From assembly GCA_964563125.1 (NCBI GenBank), contig CAZLVY010000005.1:387-64386 (forward strand): 64,000 nucleotides of DNA, written 5' to 3'. Below are positions 39,720-48,827 of this stretch, one piece after another. The stretch's first letter is position 1. Each line of letters starts with the position of its first letter. Source of the stretch: an uncultured Syntrophomonas sp. (GTDB lineage: Bacteria; Bacillota; Syntrophomonadia; Syntrophomonadales; Syntrophomonadaceae). A program made the translations under genes and the position numbers. Under the pieces are notes generated by a model. It ran no database searches, was not told the DNA's origin, and saw nothing but the letters and a program-made list of their open reading frames with translations.

Positions 39720-40259
39720 ATGACCGGCATATGGCGAGTAATATTATTTTTATACAGTCTATTACTAGCGGTGGTTGGCGCGGTAGTTTTATTTGCAGCA
39801 ATGGGTGGTAGAGAACCGTTTGAATGGTTTAATATGTTAACATCATCCCCAGAGAGATTTATTGCAGCGGGGATAGCTGCTGTTCTGCTGGTTATAGCTA
39901 TTGTAACCTTGATTTATTCTTTGAGTTTCAGGAATACCACAACTAAAACTGTTTTAGTTAGTGACGGTATTGCCGGACAAATTTCCATGACTATTCCAGC
40001 TGCTAAAGTTATCATAATGAAAGCAGTTAAAAAGGTGGAAGGTATAAAGGATATTAGGACTACTATTAACAACAAACCCGAGGGTCTGGATGTTCTTTTG
40101 CACACTATGATTAATCCTGAATACAATGTTCCGGAAATGAGTGAGAGAATACAAACGGCTGTCAGACAGCATTTAGAAGAAATTGGCGGGCTTAAGGTAG
40201 CTAGTATTAGAGTATTAGTTGACGACTTTGGTTCTGCCACCAAGGCGCCTGGGAATTAA
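39720..40259 (+). CDS. amaP: alkaline shock response membrane anchor protein AmaP
   Basis: A 179-aa ORF with two N-terminal TM segments, immediately after asp23. Confidence 0.75.
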   Translation: MTGIWRVILFLYSLLLAVVGAVVLFAAMGGREPFEWFNMLTSSPERFIAAGIAAVLLVIAIVTLIYSLSFRNTTTKTVLVSDGIAGQISMTIPAAKVIIMKAVKKVEGIKDIRTTINNKPEGLDVLLHTMINPEYNVPEMSERIQTAVRQHLEEIGGLKVASIRVLVDDFGSATKAPGN

Positions 40260-40271
40260 GGAGGCATCGGA

Positions 40272-40490
40272 ATGTTGGAAAGATTTTTGACAATTATTTG
40301 TGAAGAACACCGTGGCAAGGCTATTGGTGTAGCAATTGGTCTTGTGGCTGCAATTTTATTTTTATCCTTTGGTTTTTGGCGCGCTTTATTCATTATTTTT
40401 TGTATAGCTATAGGTTATTTTATCGGCAAGAGAATTGATGAGGACAAAAACTTTGATCAATGGATAAAGAAAATATTTAAGGACAGTTAA
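40272..40490 (+). CDS. DUF2273 small integral membrane protein
   Basis: A 72-aa two-TM protein, the usual third member of the asp23-amaP cluster. Confidence 0.7.
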   Translation: MLERFLTIICEEHRGKAIGVAIGLVAAILFLSFGFWRALFIIFCIAIGYFIGKRIDEDKNFDQWIKKIFKDS

Positions 40491-40512
40491 CCTTACTGGA
40501 AGGAAGAGATTT

Positions 40513-40926
40513 TTGAGTAGAAGAAAAGCACGGGAATTTGCTTTCAAAGTTGTTTTTCAAGTGGATCAAGTTGATACTGACCCCCGACAAGCTTTTAATT
40601 ATTTAATCGAGGAAAAAAAATTGTCTGAGCAGGATAATGAATTCTCCTGGCAGTTAATTCAGGGATGTCTGGGAAACTTAGGAGCAATAGATGAAAAGCT
40701 GGCTTTATATTCGTGGGATTGGGCTATTAACAGGATGTCAGCAGTGGATAGAAATATTTTGCGCATAGCCAGTTACGAAATTTTATATTTGCATGACAAA
40801 CAGTCGGTAGTAGCTATTGATGAAGCTATTGAAATGGCAAAGAAGTTCGGAGATGCTAATTCTGCCAGCTTTGTAAATGCGATTTTAGACAGAGTATTAG
40901 GAGAAAAAAATAAGACCCGCAGCTAA
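40513..40926 (+). CDS. nusB: transcription antitermination factor NusB
   Basis: MSRRKAREFAFKVVFQ...R...VDRNILRIASYEI, 137 aa, TTG start. Confidence 0.93.
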   Translation: MSRRKAREFAFKVVFQVDQVDTDPRQAFNYLIEEKKLSEQDNEFSWQLIQGCLGNLGAIDEKLALYSWDWAINRMSAVDRNILRIASYEILYLHDKQSVVAIDEAIEMAKKFGDANSASFVNAILDRVLGEKNKTRS

Positions 40927-40950
40927 ATGGCAATGGTGTTAATAGTTAGA

Positions 40951-40982
40951 GGAAAGGTATTCTTATTTACCTTTCCTTTTTA
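40951..40982 (+). terminator. intrinsic terminator after nusB
   Basis: GGAAAGGTA-8 nt-TACCTTTCC followed by TTTTT. Confidence 0.8.
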
Positions 40983-41012
40983 TAACCGGCTTTAACTGAA
41001 TTGAGGTTAAGA

Positions 41013-42227
41013 ATGAAAGAATATTTTTCAGTAAGTGAGATAAATGATTATATCAGCTCATTATTAGCTGCTGATGTGGTGCTCTATGATTGTTGGCTCA
41101 AAGGAGAACTCTCCGGTTTTAAAATTTACCAGCAGTCAGGCCATATGTATTTTAACCTGAAAGATCGTGATTCTGTAATCAGCAGTGTAATGTTTAAAAG
41201 TCGTGCTCAAAAGCTGAAATTCATTCCCCAAGATGGGGTAGAAGTTCTGGTGCGTGGCAGTGTATCAGTTTTTTCCAAACAGGGCAAATATCAATTTTAT
41301 GCGCAGGAAATGCATGTATTCGGAATGGGGGATTTGCACTGGCAGCTAGAGCAGTTAAAAGAAAAGCTGCAAGCTAAAGGCTATTTTAATTTAGACATAA
41401 AAAAACCTATCCCTAAAATAGTAAAAAGGGTAGGTATTGTTTCATCTCAAGATGGTGCGGCTTTAAAGGATATTTTAAAAATACTCCATCACCGTGCAAA
41501 AAATCTGGAGATAATAATAGCCCATAGTTCAGTTCAGGGTACGGAAGCCCCGGAAGAAATAGCCGCGGGGATTAGAAGATTAAATGCACTGGGCGGTATT
41601 GAGGTAATTATAGTAGCCCGGGGCGGTGGCTCTTATGAAGATCTTATGGCATTTAACAGTGAGATAGTAATAGAAGCAGTTTATAACTCACAAGTTCCCA
41701 TAATATCCGGGGTGGGTCATGAAGTAGATACTACTCTGATCGATCTGGCTGCTGATTTACGGGCAGCAACACCTACTCAGGCTGCGCAGCTAGCTGTGCC
41801 CGACAATCTATTGCTGCTTGACGATGTCCTGAAATGTCAGCAGCGGTTAATTCGTGCTATGCAGCGGAGACTGCTTAATCGCAGTGAGCAATTGGACAGG
41901 ATAATGATGAAAAAGGTTTGGCAGCAGCCTGAGAGTATATTAAAAAGTAAGCAGGTGCTTTTAAATAATCTAGAGAACAAATTAGAAAGTAGTATAAAGA
42001 ATAAATACAAGGATAAAGTTACGCATTTTACGGTTGCGATGACCAGACTCGATAGTCTTAGTCCGCTTAAGGTAATGCAAAGAGGTTATGCACTTATTCA
42101 GAAGCAAGATAAAATATTACGCGAAATTGATAGTTTGAAAATTGGGGACCTGATCACCATCCGTTTATGGCAAGACCGCTTACAAGCTCAGATAGTCAAA
42201 AAGGAGAAAATTTATAATGGGAATTAA
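41013..42227 (+). CDS. xseA: exodeoxyribonuclease VII large subunit
   Basis: SVSEINDYI...GELS......SGH.YF.LKD, VGIVSS..GAA..DIL and RGGGS.EDL. ATG at 41013. Confidence 0.92.
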   Translation: MKEYFSVSEINDYISSLLAADVVLYDCWLKGELSGFKIYQQSGHMYFNLKDRDSVISSVMFKSRAQKLKFIPQDGVEVLVRGSVSVFSKQGKYQFYAQEMHVFGMGDLHWQLEQLKEKLQAKGYFNLDIKKPIPKIVKRVGIVSSQDGAALKDILKILHHRAKNLEIIIAHSSVQGTEAPEEIAAGIRRLNALGGIEVIIVARGGGSYEDLMAFNSEIVIEAVYNSQVPIISGVGHEVDTTLIDLAADLRAATPTQAAQLAVPDNLLLLDDVLKCQQRLIRAMQRRLLNRSEQLDRIMMKKVWQQPESILKSKQVLLNNLENKLESSIKNKYKDKVTHFTVAMTRLDSLSPLKVMQRGYALIQKQDKILREIDSLKIGDLITIRLWQDRLQAQIVKKEKIYNGN

Positions 42228-42441
42228 ATTTGAAACCGCTCTATTAAAACTGGAAAAAATTGTGCAGTCTTTGGAAAACGAAGAACTTGAATTAGACGAA
42301 TCAATCAAACTTTTTGAAGAAGGCATAAAACTATCCTTATTTTGTCAGCAGGAACTGGAACGTGCAGATGGTAAGATACAGCAACTTATGCAAAACTTGC
42401 AAGGAGATTTAGAGTTAGTAGAGGTTGAGATAAATGAATAA
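42217..42441 (+). CDS. xseB: exodeoxyribonuclease VII small subunit
   Basis: FETALLKLEKIVQSLENEELELDESIKLFEEG, 74 aa, overlapping xseA. Confidence 0.92.
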   Translation: MGIKFETALLKLEKIVQSLENEELELDESIKLFEEGIKLSLFCQQELERADGKIQQLMQNLQGDLELVEVEINE

Positions 42442-43363
42442 ACTTAAAAATGGTTTGACAGCAGGGGAAAAGGAAACTTTTAATAAGTGGCTGAGTATGA
42501 GGAAAGAATATACAGAAGATAGCTTAAGAAACTGTACAAATAAACTTTTTGCAGAAAAGCAGATCATTCATGAAGCGATGTCTTATGCAATTTACAATGG
42601 GGGCAAAAGACTGAGGCCTATCATGGTATTTGAGGGAGCATTTATAGCTGGGGCAGACCGGCAAAAAGCGGCACCGTTAGCTTGCGCGCTGGAAATGATT
42701 CACTGCTATTCTCTGGTTCATGATGATTTACCAGCTATGGATAATGATGATTTTCGCCGAGGTCAGCCTACCTGCCATAAAGTATTTGGTGAAGATATAG
42801 CCATCCTGGCAGGAGATGCTTTGCTTACAGGCGCTTTCGAACTTTTAGCCGCACTTGACTGTGAAAATGATGCAGAGCGCCAAAGGTTGCTGCAGATAAT
42901 CGGCGAAATAGCTGTTGCGGCAGGAAGTTCAGGCATGATTGGCGGTCAAGTAATTGATCTTAAGTCGGAGAGTCAGGTAATTGATTATTTAACTTTGCAA
43001 AACCTGCATGCCTTAAAAACCGGAAAATTATTTATAGCTGCCCTGAGAGCAGGTGCCATTCTTGGCGGTATAGATGAGGCAGGGTTACAAAGTCTTACCG
43101 AGTATGCCAAGCATTTTGGTCTGGCTTTTCAGATAACGGATGATATTTTGGATATTATCGGTGACGAGCAGCAAGTTGGCAAGCCGATTGGCAGTGATGA
43201 GAAAAACTTGAAGAATACTTATCCAAGTTTGTTCGGTCTGGAAAAGTCACAGCAATTAGCAGAAGAAAACGTACAGAGCTGTATTCTAAGTCTTAAGGAT
43301 TTTGGAAATGAGGCCGATTTTCTGCGCTATCTGGCCTATTATCTTTTAAGCCGCAGCAGTTAA
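42434..43363 (+). CDS. ispA: polyprenyl (farnesyl/geranylgeranyl) diphosphate synthase
   Basis: The two Asp-rich motifs LVHDDLPAMDNDDFRRG and FQITDDILD. Confidence 0.92.
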   Translation: MNKLKNGLTAGEKETFNKWLSMRKEYTEDSLRNCTNKLFAEKQIIHEAMSYAIYNGGKRLRPIMVFEGAFIAGADRQKAAPLACALEMIHCYSLVHDDLPAMDNDDFRRGQPTCHKVFGEDIAILAGDALLTGAFELLAALDCENDAERQRLLQIIGEIAVAAGSSGMIGGQVIDLKSESQVIDYLTLQNLHALKTGKLFIAALRAGAILGGIDEAGLQSLTEYAKHFGLAFQITDDILDIIGDEQQVGKPIGSDEKNLKNTYPSLFGLEKSQQLAEENVQSCILSLKDFGNEADFLRYLAYYLLSRSS

Positions 43364-43419
43364 TCCTTAACCAAAATGTGTCACTGGAAAATCAATTATG
43401 TTATGATATAATATATAGC

Positions 43420-44012
43420 TGGAAAGCAATCTGGCAAAAGGTTGCAGTATTCTAGTCAGCCCTATCAGTTATGAAGACGGGCCTAAAAATCCGTTGAGGG
43501 CACATCGATGAAGATTCTGGCATTGGCTTCTGACGCCCAGTTGGGGGTCATTGCTGGGAGTTAAGGATATGGGGGCAATCCGCAATGGCATGCGGGCATG
43601 ACCCTCATGTTCGTGGAGGCTTAGCGGGGTAAAAGCCCTGCTTTGAAAACCTGCATTTGGTAAAAGCTGGGTGCAGTGTAGCCTGCCTTGAGTGGTGGCG
43701 GCGGATAGGCTTCGTGAGCCATAAAAACCCCGGCCAGGGTTTTTGTGGTTCGCCTTGAAACCGTTTACTGCAAAAGAGGCTAGAAATTGATGTGGGTTGT
43801 AGAGGAAAACTCCTAGACTGTGTATTCTTTTATACGGTTTAATGAGGATTAAAGTGCGTCCTTAGTGGCAATCCAGTATGGTGTTCGGTGACGAATGCTG
43901 AGCAGACATAAAGGGAAACCGCCCCTTTGGCAACAATCGGGAGTTCTGCTGGGAAAACCTTCTGGACCTATGGCGCAGCGTTTACTCATTAGACAACCTT
44001 TTGCCAGACTAT
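43420..44012 (+). ncRNA. ole: OLE (ornate, large, extremophilic) RNA
   Basis: A 677-nt ORF-free, GC-enriched gap between ispA and a four-TM OapA-like gene just upstream of dxs. An extended -10 TGATATAAT lies at 43404..43412. A 15-bp closing helix pairs 43430..43444 with 43994..44008, and many local hairpins are present. The ends are approximate. Confidence 0.8.
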
Positions 44013-44040
44013 CGTTTTCTACAGGGAGGTACTAATTTAG

Positions 44041-44604
44041 TTGAGCAAATACTTTAATAAAGCTAACCTGATAGCGGGATTATTAGTTGGTTTTATTACT
44101 TTTATAATAGCTTTATTAATGAGCTTAGGTTCAGAAGCGTTGGTTAGAGCAGTAGATAATGTTTTAATAGCAATTATTTTACTGCTATTTGTTATTTCAT
44201 TAGGTATTTTTTTTGATATATTAGGAACAGCAGCCACAGCAGCTCAATTAGCACCCTTCAATGCGCGGGCAGCCAAAAAAGTATTTGGCGCCAATCAGGC
44301 CGTCAAAATAAAAAGTAATGCTCATAAAGTAGCTAACTATTTTAATGACGTAATCGGGGATATATCAGGCACATTAAGTGGTGCAATTGGCGCTGGTATT
44401 GTGGTAAGCTTAGTTAATCAGTTCAGCATTTTGGATATAGTTTTATTAGGCGGAGTTATGACCAGCTTAATTGCCGCTCTTACCGTAGGGGGAAAGGCAA
44501 TAGGAAAAAGTTTCGCTATTAATAATGCTAACAATATTATTTTCAGACTTGGTGTTGTATTAGCATATTGGGAAAGATATACCCATATTGAGTTTTTTAA
44601 ATAA
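44041..44604 (+). CDS. oapA: OLE-associated membrane protein OapA
   Basis: A 187-aa ORF with four predicted TM helices, a TTG start and SD ACAGGGAGG. It lies immediately 3' of the OLE-like RNA. Confidence 0.75.
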   Translation: MSKYFNKANLIAGLLVGFITFIIALLMSLGSEALVRAVDNVLIAIILLLFVISLGIFFDILGTAATAAQLAPFNARAAKKVFGANQAVKIKSNAHKVANYFNDVIGDISGTLSGAIGAGIVVSLVNQFSILDIVLLGGVMTSLIAALTVGGKAIGKSFAINNANNIIFRLGVVLAYWERYTHIEFFK

Positions 44605-44622
44605 TAAAGGACGAGCGCATAA

Positions 44623-46539
44623 ATGACGGATATTTTAGATTTAGTAAACAATCCTCAGGATATAAAAAAATTAAGTATTAATGAAATGAATAGTCTGGCG
44701 GCTGAAATCAGGCAACTGCTGATAAATAGTGTGGCTGAATGCGGTGGTCATTTAGCTGCTAATCTAGGTGTAGTTGAGCTGACTATATCTTTACATCATG
44801 TATTCGATTCCCCCCGGGATAAAATTATATGGGATGTTGGGCATCAAAGCTATGTGCATAAAATACTTACCGGTCGCCGGGAAGAAATGAAATCACTGCG
44901 GCAATTTGGTGGACTAAGCGGTTTCCCCAAAATAGAGGAATCAGAGCATGATGCTTTTAATACCGGCCATGCCAGTACTTCCATATCAGCAGCTTTAGGC
45001 ATGGCTATAGCAAGGGATATTAAGGGAGAAAAAAACTCTATAGTAGCTTTTATTGGTGATGGAGCACTTACGGGCGGGTTAGCCTTTGAAGCTTTAAATC
45101 ATGCCGGCCAGGAAGGACGAGATATCGTTGTTTTATTAAATGATAATGAGATGTCAATATCCAAAAATGTTGGTGCCATGTCCGGTTATCTAAACCGCTT
45201 AAGAACTGACCCATCTTATTCGCGTACTAAAGAGGAAATCGAAACAGTATTACATAAAATCCCGGCTATAGGCCCTAACATAGCTAAAGCAGCCATTAGG
45301 TTTAAAGATATGGTCAAGTACATGATGGTGCCAGGGAAAATATTTGAAGAGCTTGGTTTCACCTATATAGGACCAGTTAATGGACATAACTTTACTGAGC
45401 TGAACAAAGTTTTAGGTAATGCCCGCAAAATGAAAGGTCCGGTTCTGATTCACGCTATAACGCAAAAAGGTAAAGGTTATGAACCTGCATTAAAGAACCC
45501 TAACCTTTTTCACGGTATCGGGCCGTTTGATGTTGAGACCGGTAACCCTTTTAAAAAATCTATCAAAACTTATACCGAAGTTTTCGGTGATTTTATGTTA
45601 AATAGAGCCAGTGAGGATAAAAGATTAGTAGCAATTACAGCAGCTATGGCGGATGGGACTGGTCTGGCCAGATTTGCCCGCAGCTACCCTGAACGGTTTT
45701 TCGACGCAGGTATATGTGAACAACATGCAGTAACTATGGCGGCGGGAATGGCAAGAGCTGGCTTAAGGCCGGTTGTAGCCATTTACTCTTCCTTCTTCCA
45801 ACGTGCCTATGACCAGATTATTCATGATGTAGCCCTGCAAAACTTGCCGATAATTTTGGCTGTTGACCGCGCGGGACTGGTTGGTGAAGATGGGCCAACC
45901 CATCATGGGGTATTTGATATTGCCTTTTTAAGGAGTATACCTAATTTTACCTTAATGGCTCCTGCTAATGAGAATGAGTTAGCTAATATGTTATATACTG
46001 CCTGTCACATTGATAGTCCGGTAGCTATAAGATATCCCCGGGGGATCGGTGATGGCGTGCCAATCAGTCAAGAACCGCAACTGCTGCCTATCGGCAAAGC
46101 CGAAATAGTTTTGAATGGTGATGATCTGACTATAATTGCTATCGGCAAGGGAGTATCATTAGGAAAAGCTATCCGGGAAAGATTGCTTAAACAGGGCATC
46201 ACAAGCTTGCTGGTTAATGCCAGGTTCATAAAACCGCTCGATAAAGAATTATTTAAAGAATTAGCTATAAAAAATTCGCGGATTGTAACTATAGAAGACG
46301 GCTGTCTGGCGGGCGGATTTGGCAGTGCCGTTACTGAACTTCTAAACGACGAGGATATCGAGGCTGATATATTACGTATTGGAGTACCGGATGAATTTGT
46401 GGAACATGGCAAAGCTGAATTGCTTTATGATTATTTAAATATGGATAGTGAATCAGTGGCAGAAAGAATAATTTCCCATTGGCCATTATTGCTCAAACAA
46501 AAAAAAGTAGTGGGGTTATTAAAGATTGGGGAAAATTAG
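44623..46539 (+). CDS. dxs: 1-deoxy-D-xylulose-5-phosphate synthase
   Basis: GGHLAANLGVVELT, the GDGALTGG ThDP motif, and 638 aa. Confidence 0.96.
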   Translation: MTDILDLVNNPQDIKKLSINEMNSLAAEIRQLLINSVAECGGHLAANLGVVELTISLHHVFDSPRDKIIWDVGHQSYVHKILTGRREEMKSLRQFGGLSGFPKIEESEHDAFNTGHASTSISAALGMAIARDIKGEKNSIVAFIGDGALTGGLAFEALNHAGQEGRDIVVLLNDNEMSISKNVGAMSGYLNRLRTDPSYSRTKEEIETVLHKIPAIGPNIAKAAIRFKDMVKYMMVPGKIFEELGFTYIGPVNGHNFTELNKVLGNARKMKGPVLIHAITQKGKGYEPALKNPNLFHGIGPFDVETGNPFKKSIKTYTEVFGDFMLNRASEDKRLVAITAAMADGTGLARFARSYPERFFDAGICEQHAVTMAAGMARAGLRPVVAIYSSFFQRAYDQIIHDVALQNLPIILAVDRAGLVGEDGPTHHGVFDIAFLRSIPNFTLMAPANENELANMLYTACHIDSPVAIRYPRGIGDGVPISQEPQLLPIGKAEIVLNGDDLTIIAIGKGVSLGKAIRERLLKQGITSLLVNARFIKPLDKELFKELAIKNSRIVTIEDGCLAGGFGSAVTELLNDEDIEADILRIGVPDEFVEHGKAELLYDYLNMDSESVAERIISHWPLLLKQKKVVGLLKIGEN

Positions 46540-47335
46540 ATTAGACATCTTGCTGCACCAAAAGGGATTGGCACCCAGTAGGGAAAAAGCGCGGGCTATG
46601 ATTTTAGCCGGGGAAGTAACCATTAATGGTGTAAGATATGACAAGCCTGGTACAGCTGTTGATGAAACTAAAATTATCGAAATTAAATCATGTATTCCTC
46701 CTTATGTAAGCAGGGGGGGGCTAAAACTGGAGAAAGCTATCCAGGTATTTAAGGTTGATTTCAGAGATATGATAGTATGGGACGTTGGAGCATCTACGGG
46801 AGGTTATACTGATTGTGCCCTTAAACATGGAGCACTTAAAGTTTATGCCCTGGATGTCGGCTATGGTCAGTTGGATTGGTCTTTGCGCAATAACATTCAG
46901 GTAGTGAATATAGAAAAGACTAATATACGCTATTTTGACCCGCAGCAACTGGGTGAATTAGTTGATATCGTAACTATTGATGTAGCTTTTATTTCTACCT
47001 CTAAGGTATTCCCGGTAATAAAAGACGGTTTGAAAGATGACGGGCTGGTAATATCACTTATAAAGCCACAATTTGAAGCAGGAAGGGATAATGTAGGCAA
47101 AAAAGGAGTAGTAAAAGATAAGGCAATACATCAGCAGGTACTTTCTAATTGTGTGCAAAGTGCTAACCGGTCAGGATTATATTGTAAGAATTTAACCTAT
47201 TCTCCGATTAAAGGACCTCAGGGAAATATCGAGTATTTTTTGCACTTAAATAAACATGAAGCAAATTTGGATGATTTGGATTCGGCAATAGGACAAATTG
47301 TTGAAGAAGCCCATATTCAACTGGGGGTTAATTAA
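46526..47335 (+). CDS. tlyA: TlyA-family 16S/23S rRNA (cytidine-2'-O)-methyltransferase
   Basis: An S4 domain (RLDILL...G...SREKA...I..G.V.ING) plus the FtsJ motif DVGASTGGYTD. TTG start. Confidence 0.9.
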   Translation: MGKIRLDILLHQKGLAPSREKARAMILAGEVTINGVRYDKPGTAVDETKIIEIKSCIPPYVSRGGLKLEKAIQVFKVDFRDMIVWDVGASTGGYTDCALKHGALKVYALDVGYGQLDWSLRNNIQVVNIEKTNIRYFDPQQLGELVDIVTIDVAFISTSKVFPVIKDGLKDDGLVISLIKPQFEAGRDNVGKKGVVKDKAIHQQVLSNCVQSANRSGLYCKNLTYSPIKGPQGNIEYFLHLNKHEANLDDLDSAIGQIVEEAHIQLGVN

Positions 47336-48147
47336 TGCAAGTATTGTTGATAAATAATCGTTATAACGCAGCAACTGAGCATATAGCCGCAGAAATTACT
47401 GCCAAACTTAAGGCCTTTGATGTGACAGTTTTAATTGACAATGGTTTAAAAGACCTGACCGGGCAAATACCAGATAAGTTGGATTTAATTATAGTACTGG
47501 GCGGAGATGGCACTGTTTTGCGTGCTTCCAGACAGTATGGCCTAAAACAAACCCCGGTTTTAGGTATTAATATGGGCACCATCGGCTTTTTAAGTCATAT
47601 CGAAGTAGGGGAATTTGACTCCTATCTTAAGCGTCTGATTAGCGGCGAATATTTTCTGGATAAACGAATGATTTTAGAGGTTAATATTATCAGAGAAAAC
47701 CATTTGGTTGCTTCTGTGAACTGTCTTAACGAAGTAGTGATCAGAGCTAAAACGCTGCACATGATTAGCTTTGCTATAAATATTGATGAACAAAAATTAG
47801 AAACCTTTAAAGGCGATGGTTTGATTATTGCGACACCGACAGGTTCCACAGCTTACTCATTATCAGCCGGAGGACCTGTAGTAGACCCTGACCTGGAGGC
47901 TTTTATTGTTACCCCGATTGCATCGCATAAATTGAATAAACCGAGTATGTTGGTCAGCCCGAATAAAATTATAACTTTGACCCCTGTTAGCTGTAAAGGA
48001 GCAATCATCGGTATGGATGGCCAGGTATCTTATGATTTTGATCCTTCTTACAAACTTAGTATCAGGCGTGCTGATATTACTTTAAATCTGATAAATTTCA
48101 AAAAGCATCTCTTTTTCCAAAATGTTAATAATAAATTAGGAAGATAA
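47335..48147 (+). CDS. nadK: NAD kinase
   Basis: LGGDGTVLRA and GDGLIIATPTGSTAYSLSAGGP. TAATG overlap with tlyA. Confidence 0.93.
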   Translation: MQVLLINNRYNAATEHIAAEITAKLKAFDVTVLIDNGLKDLTGQIPDKLDLIIVLGGDGTVLRASRQYGLKQTPVLGINMGTIGFLSHIEVGEFDSYLKRLISGEYFLDKRMILEVNIIRENHLVASVNCLNEVVIRAKTLHMISFAINIDEQKLETFKGDGLIIATPTGSTAYSLSAGGPVVDPDLEAFIVTPIASHKLNKPSMLVSPNKIITLTPVSCKGAIIGMDGQVSYDFDPSYKLSIRRADITLNLINFKKHLFFQNVNNKLGR

Positions 48148-48206
48148 AGAGACCTTTAAAATGTAACAGCGAAGAAAATCGTTGTTCAAAAGGTGTAGGA
48201 GACAGC

Positions 48207-48659
48207 ATGAAAATTCAGAGACAGGCTACAATAATGGATATTTTAAATAAGGAACGCATTAAAACCCAGACAGAGCTATGTAATGCGTTGCAAAACCGCG
48301 GCTTTAACGTTACCCAGGCTACGGTTTCCCGAGATATTAAAGAAATGCAGCTGCACAGAGTGCCGGATGAGGCGGGGCATCATTATGTATTGCCTGGTAA
48401 CCAGTCATCCAAAGGTTTTAATGACCGAAGAAAAAGAATGTTTCAAGATTTAGTAGTAACTCTTGATTACAGCGAAAACATAATTGTGTTAAAAACTTTG
48501 ACTGGTGCCGCTCAATCAGTAGCATCATTAATTGATGCCATAGGAAACGAACAAATAATAGGGACGGTAGCAGGTGACGATACTATTCTGATAGTTATTA
48601 AACAGAAGCGAATGGTTCAGAAAGTATTAAAAGAGTTTCGAAGCATTATCAATAAATAG
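48207..48659 (+). CDS. argR: arginine repressor
   Basis: QTELCNALQNRGFNVTQATVSRDIKEM and the C-terminal GTVAGDDTILIV. Confidence 0.93.
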   Translation: MKIQRQATIMDILNKERIKTQTELCNALQNRGFNVTQATVSRDIKEMQLHRVPDEAGHHYVLPGNQSSKGFNDRRKRMFQDLVVTLDYSENIIVLKTLTGAAQSVASLIDAIGNEQIIGTVAGDDTILIVIKQKRMVQKVLKEFRSIINK

Positions 48660-48827
48660 TCTCATTTCAGCATACTACAACTATCGTATTTTCCTGACCT
48701 GTCTATAAAAAAATCAGCGAAAAGGTTAATATTATATAAGATGAAGTTTTCTATACATAACCTTTATAAATAAGCTAGCCAAGGGAGGGGGGAACCAGGT
48801 GGTTTTAAGAAACTATCCTGGATAAGC

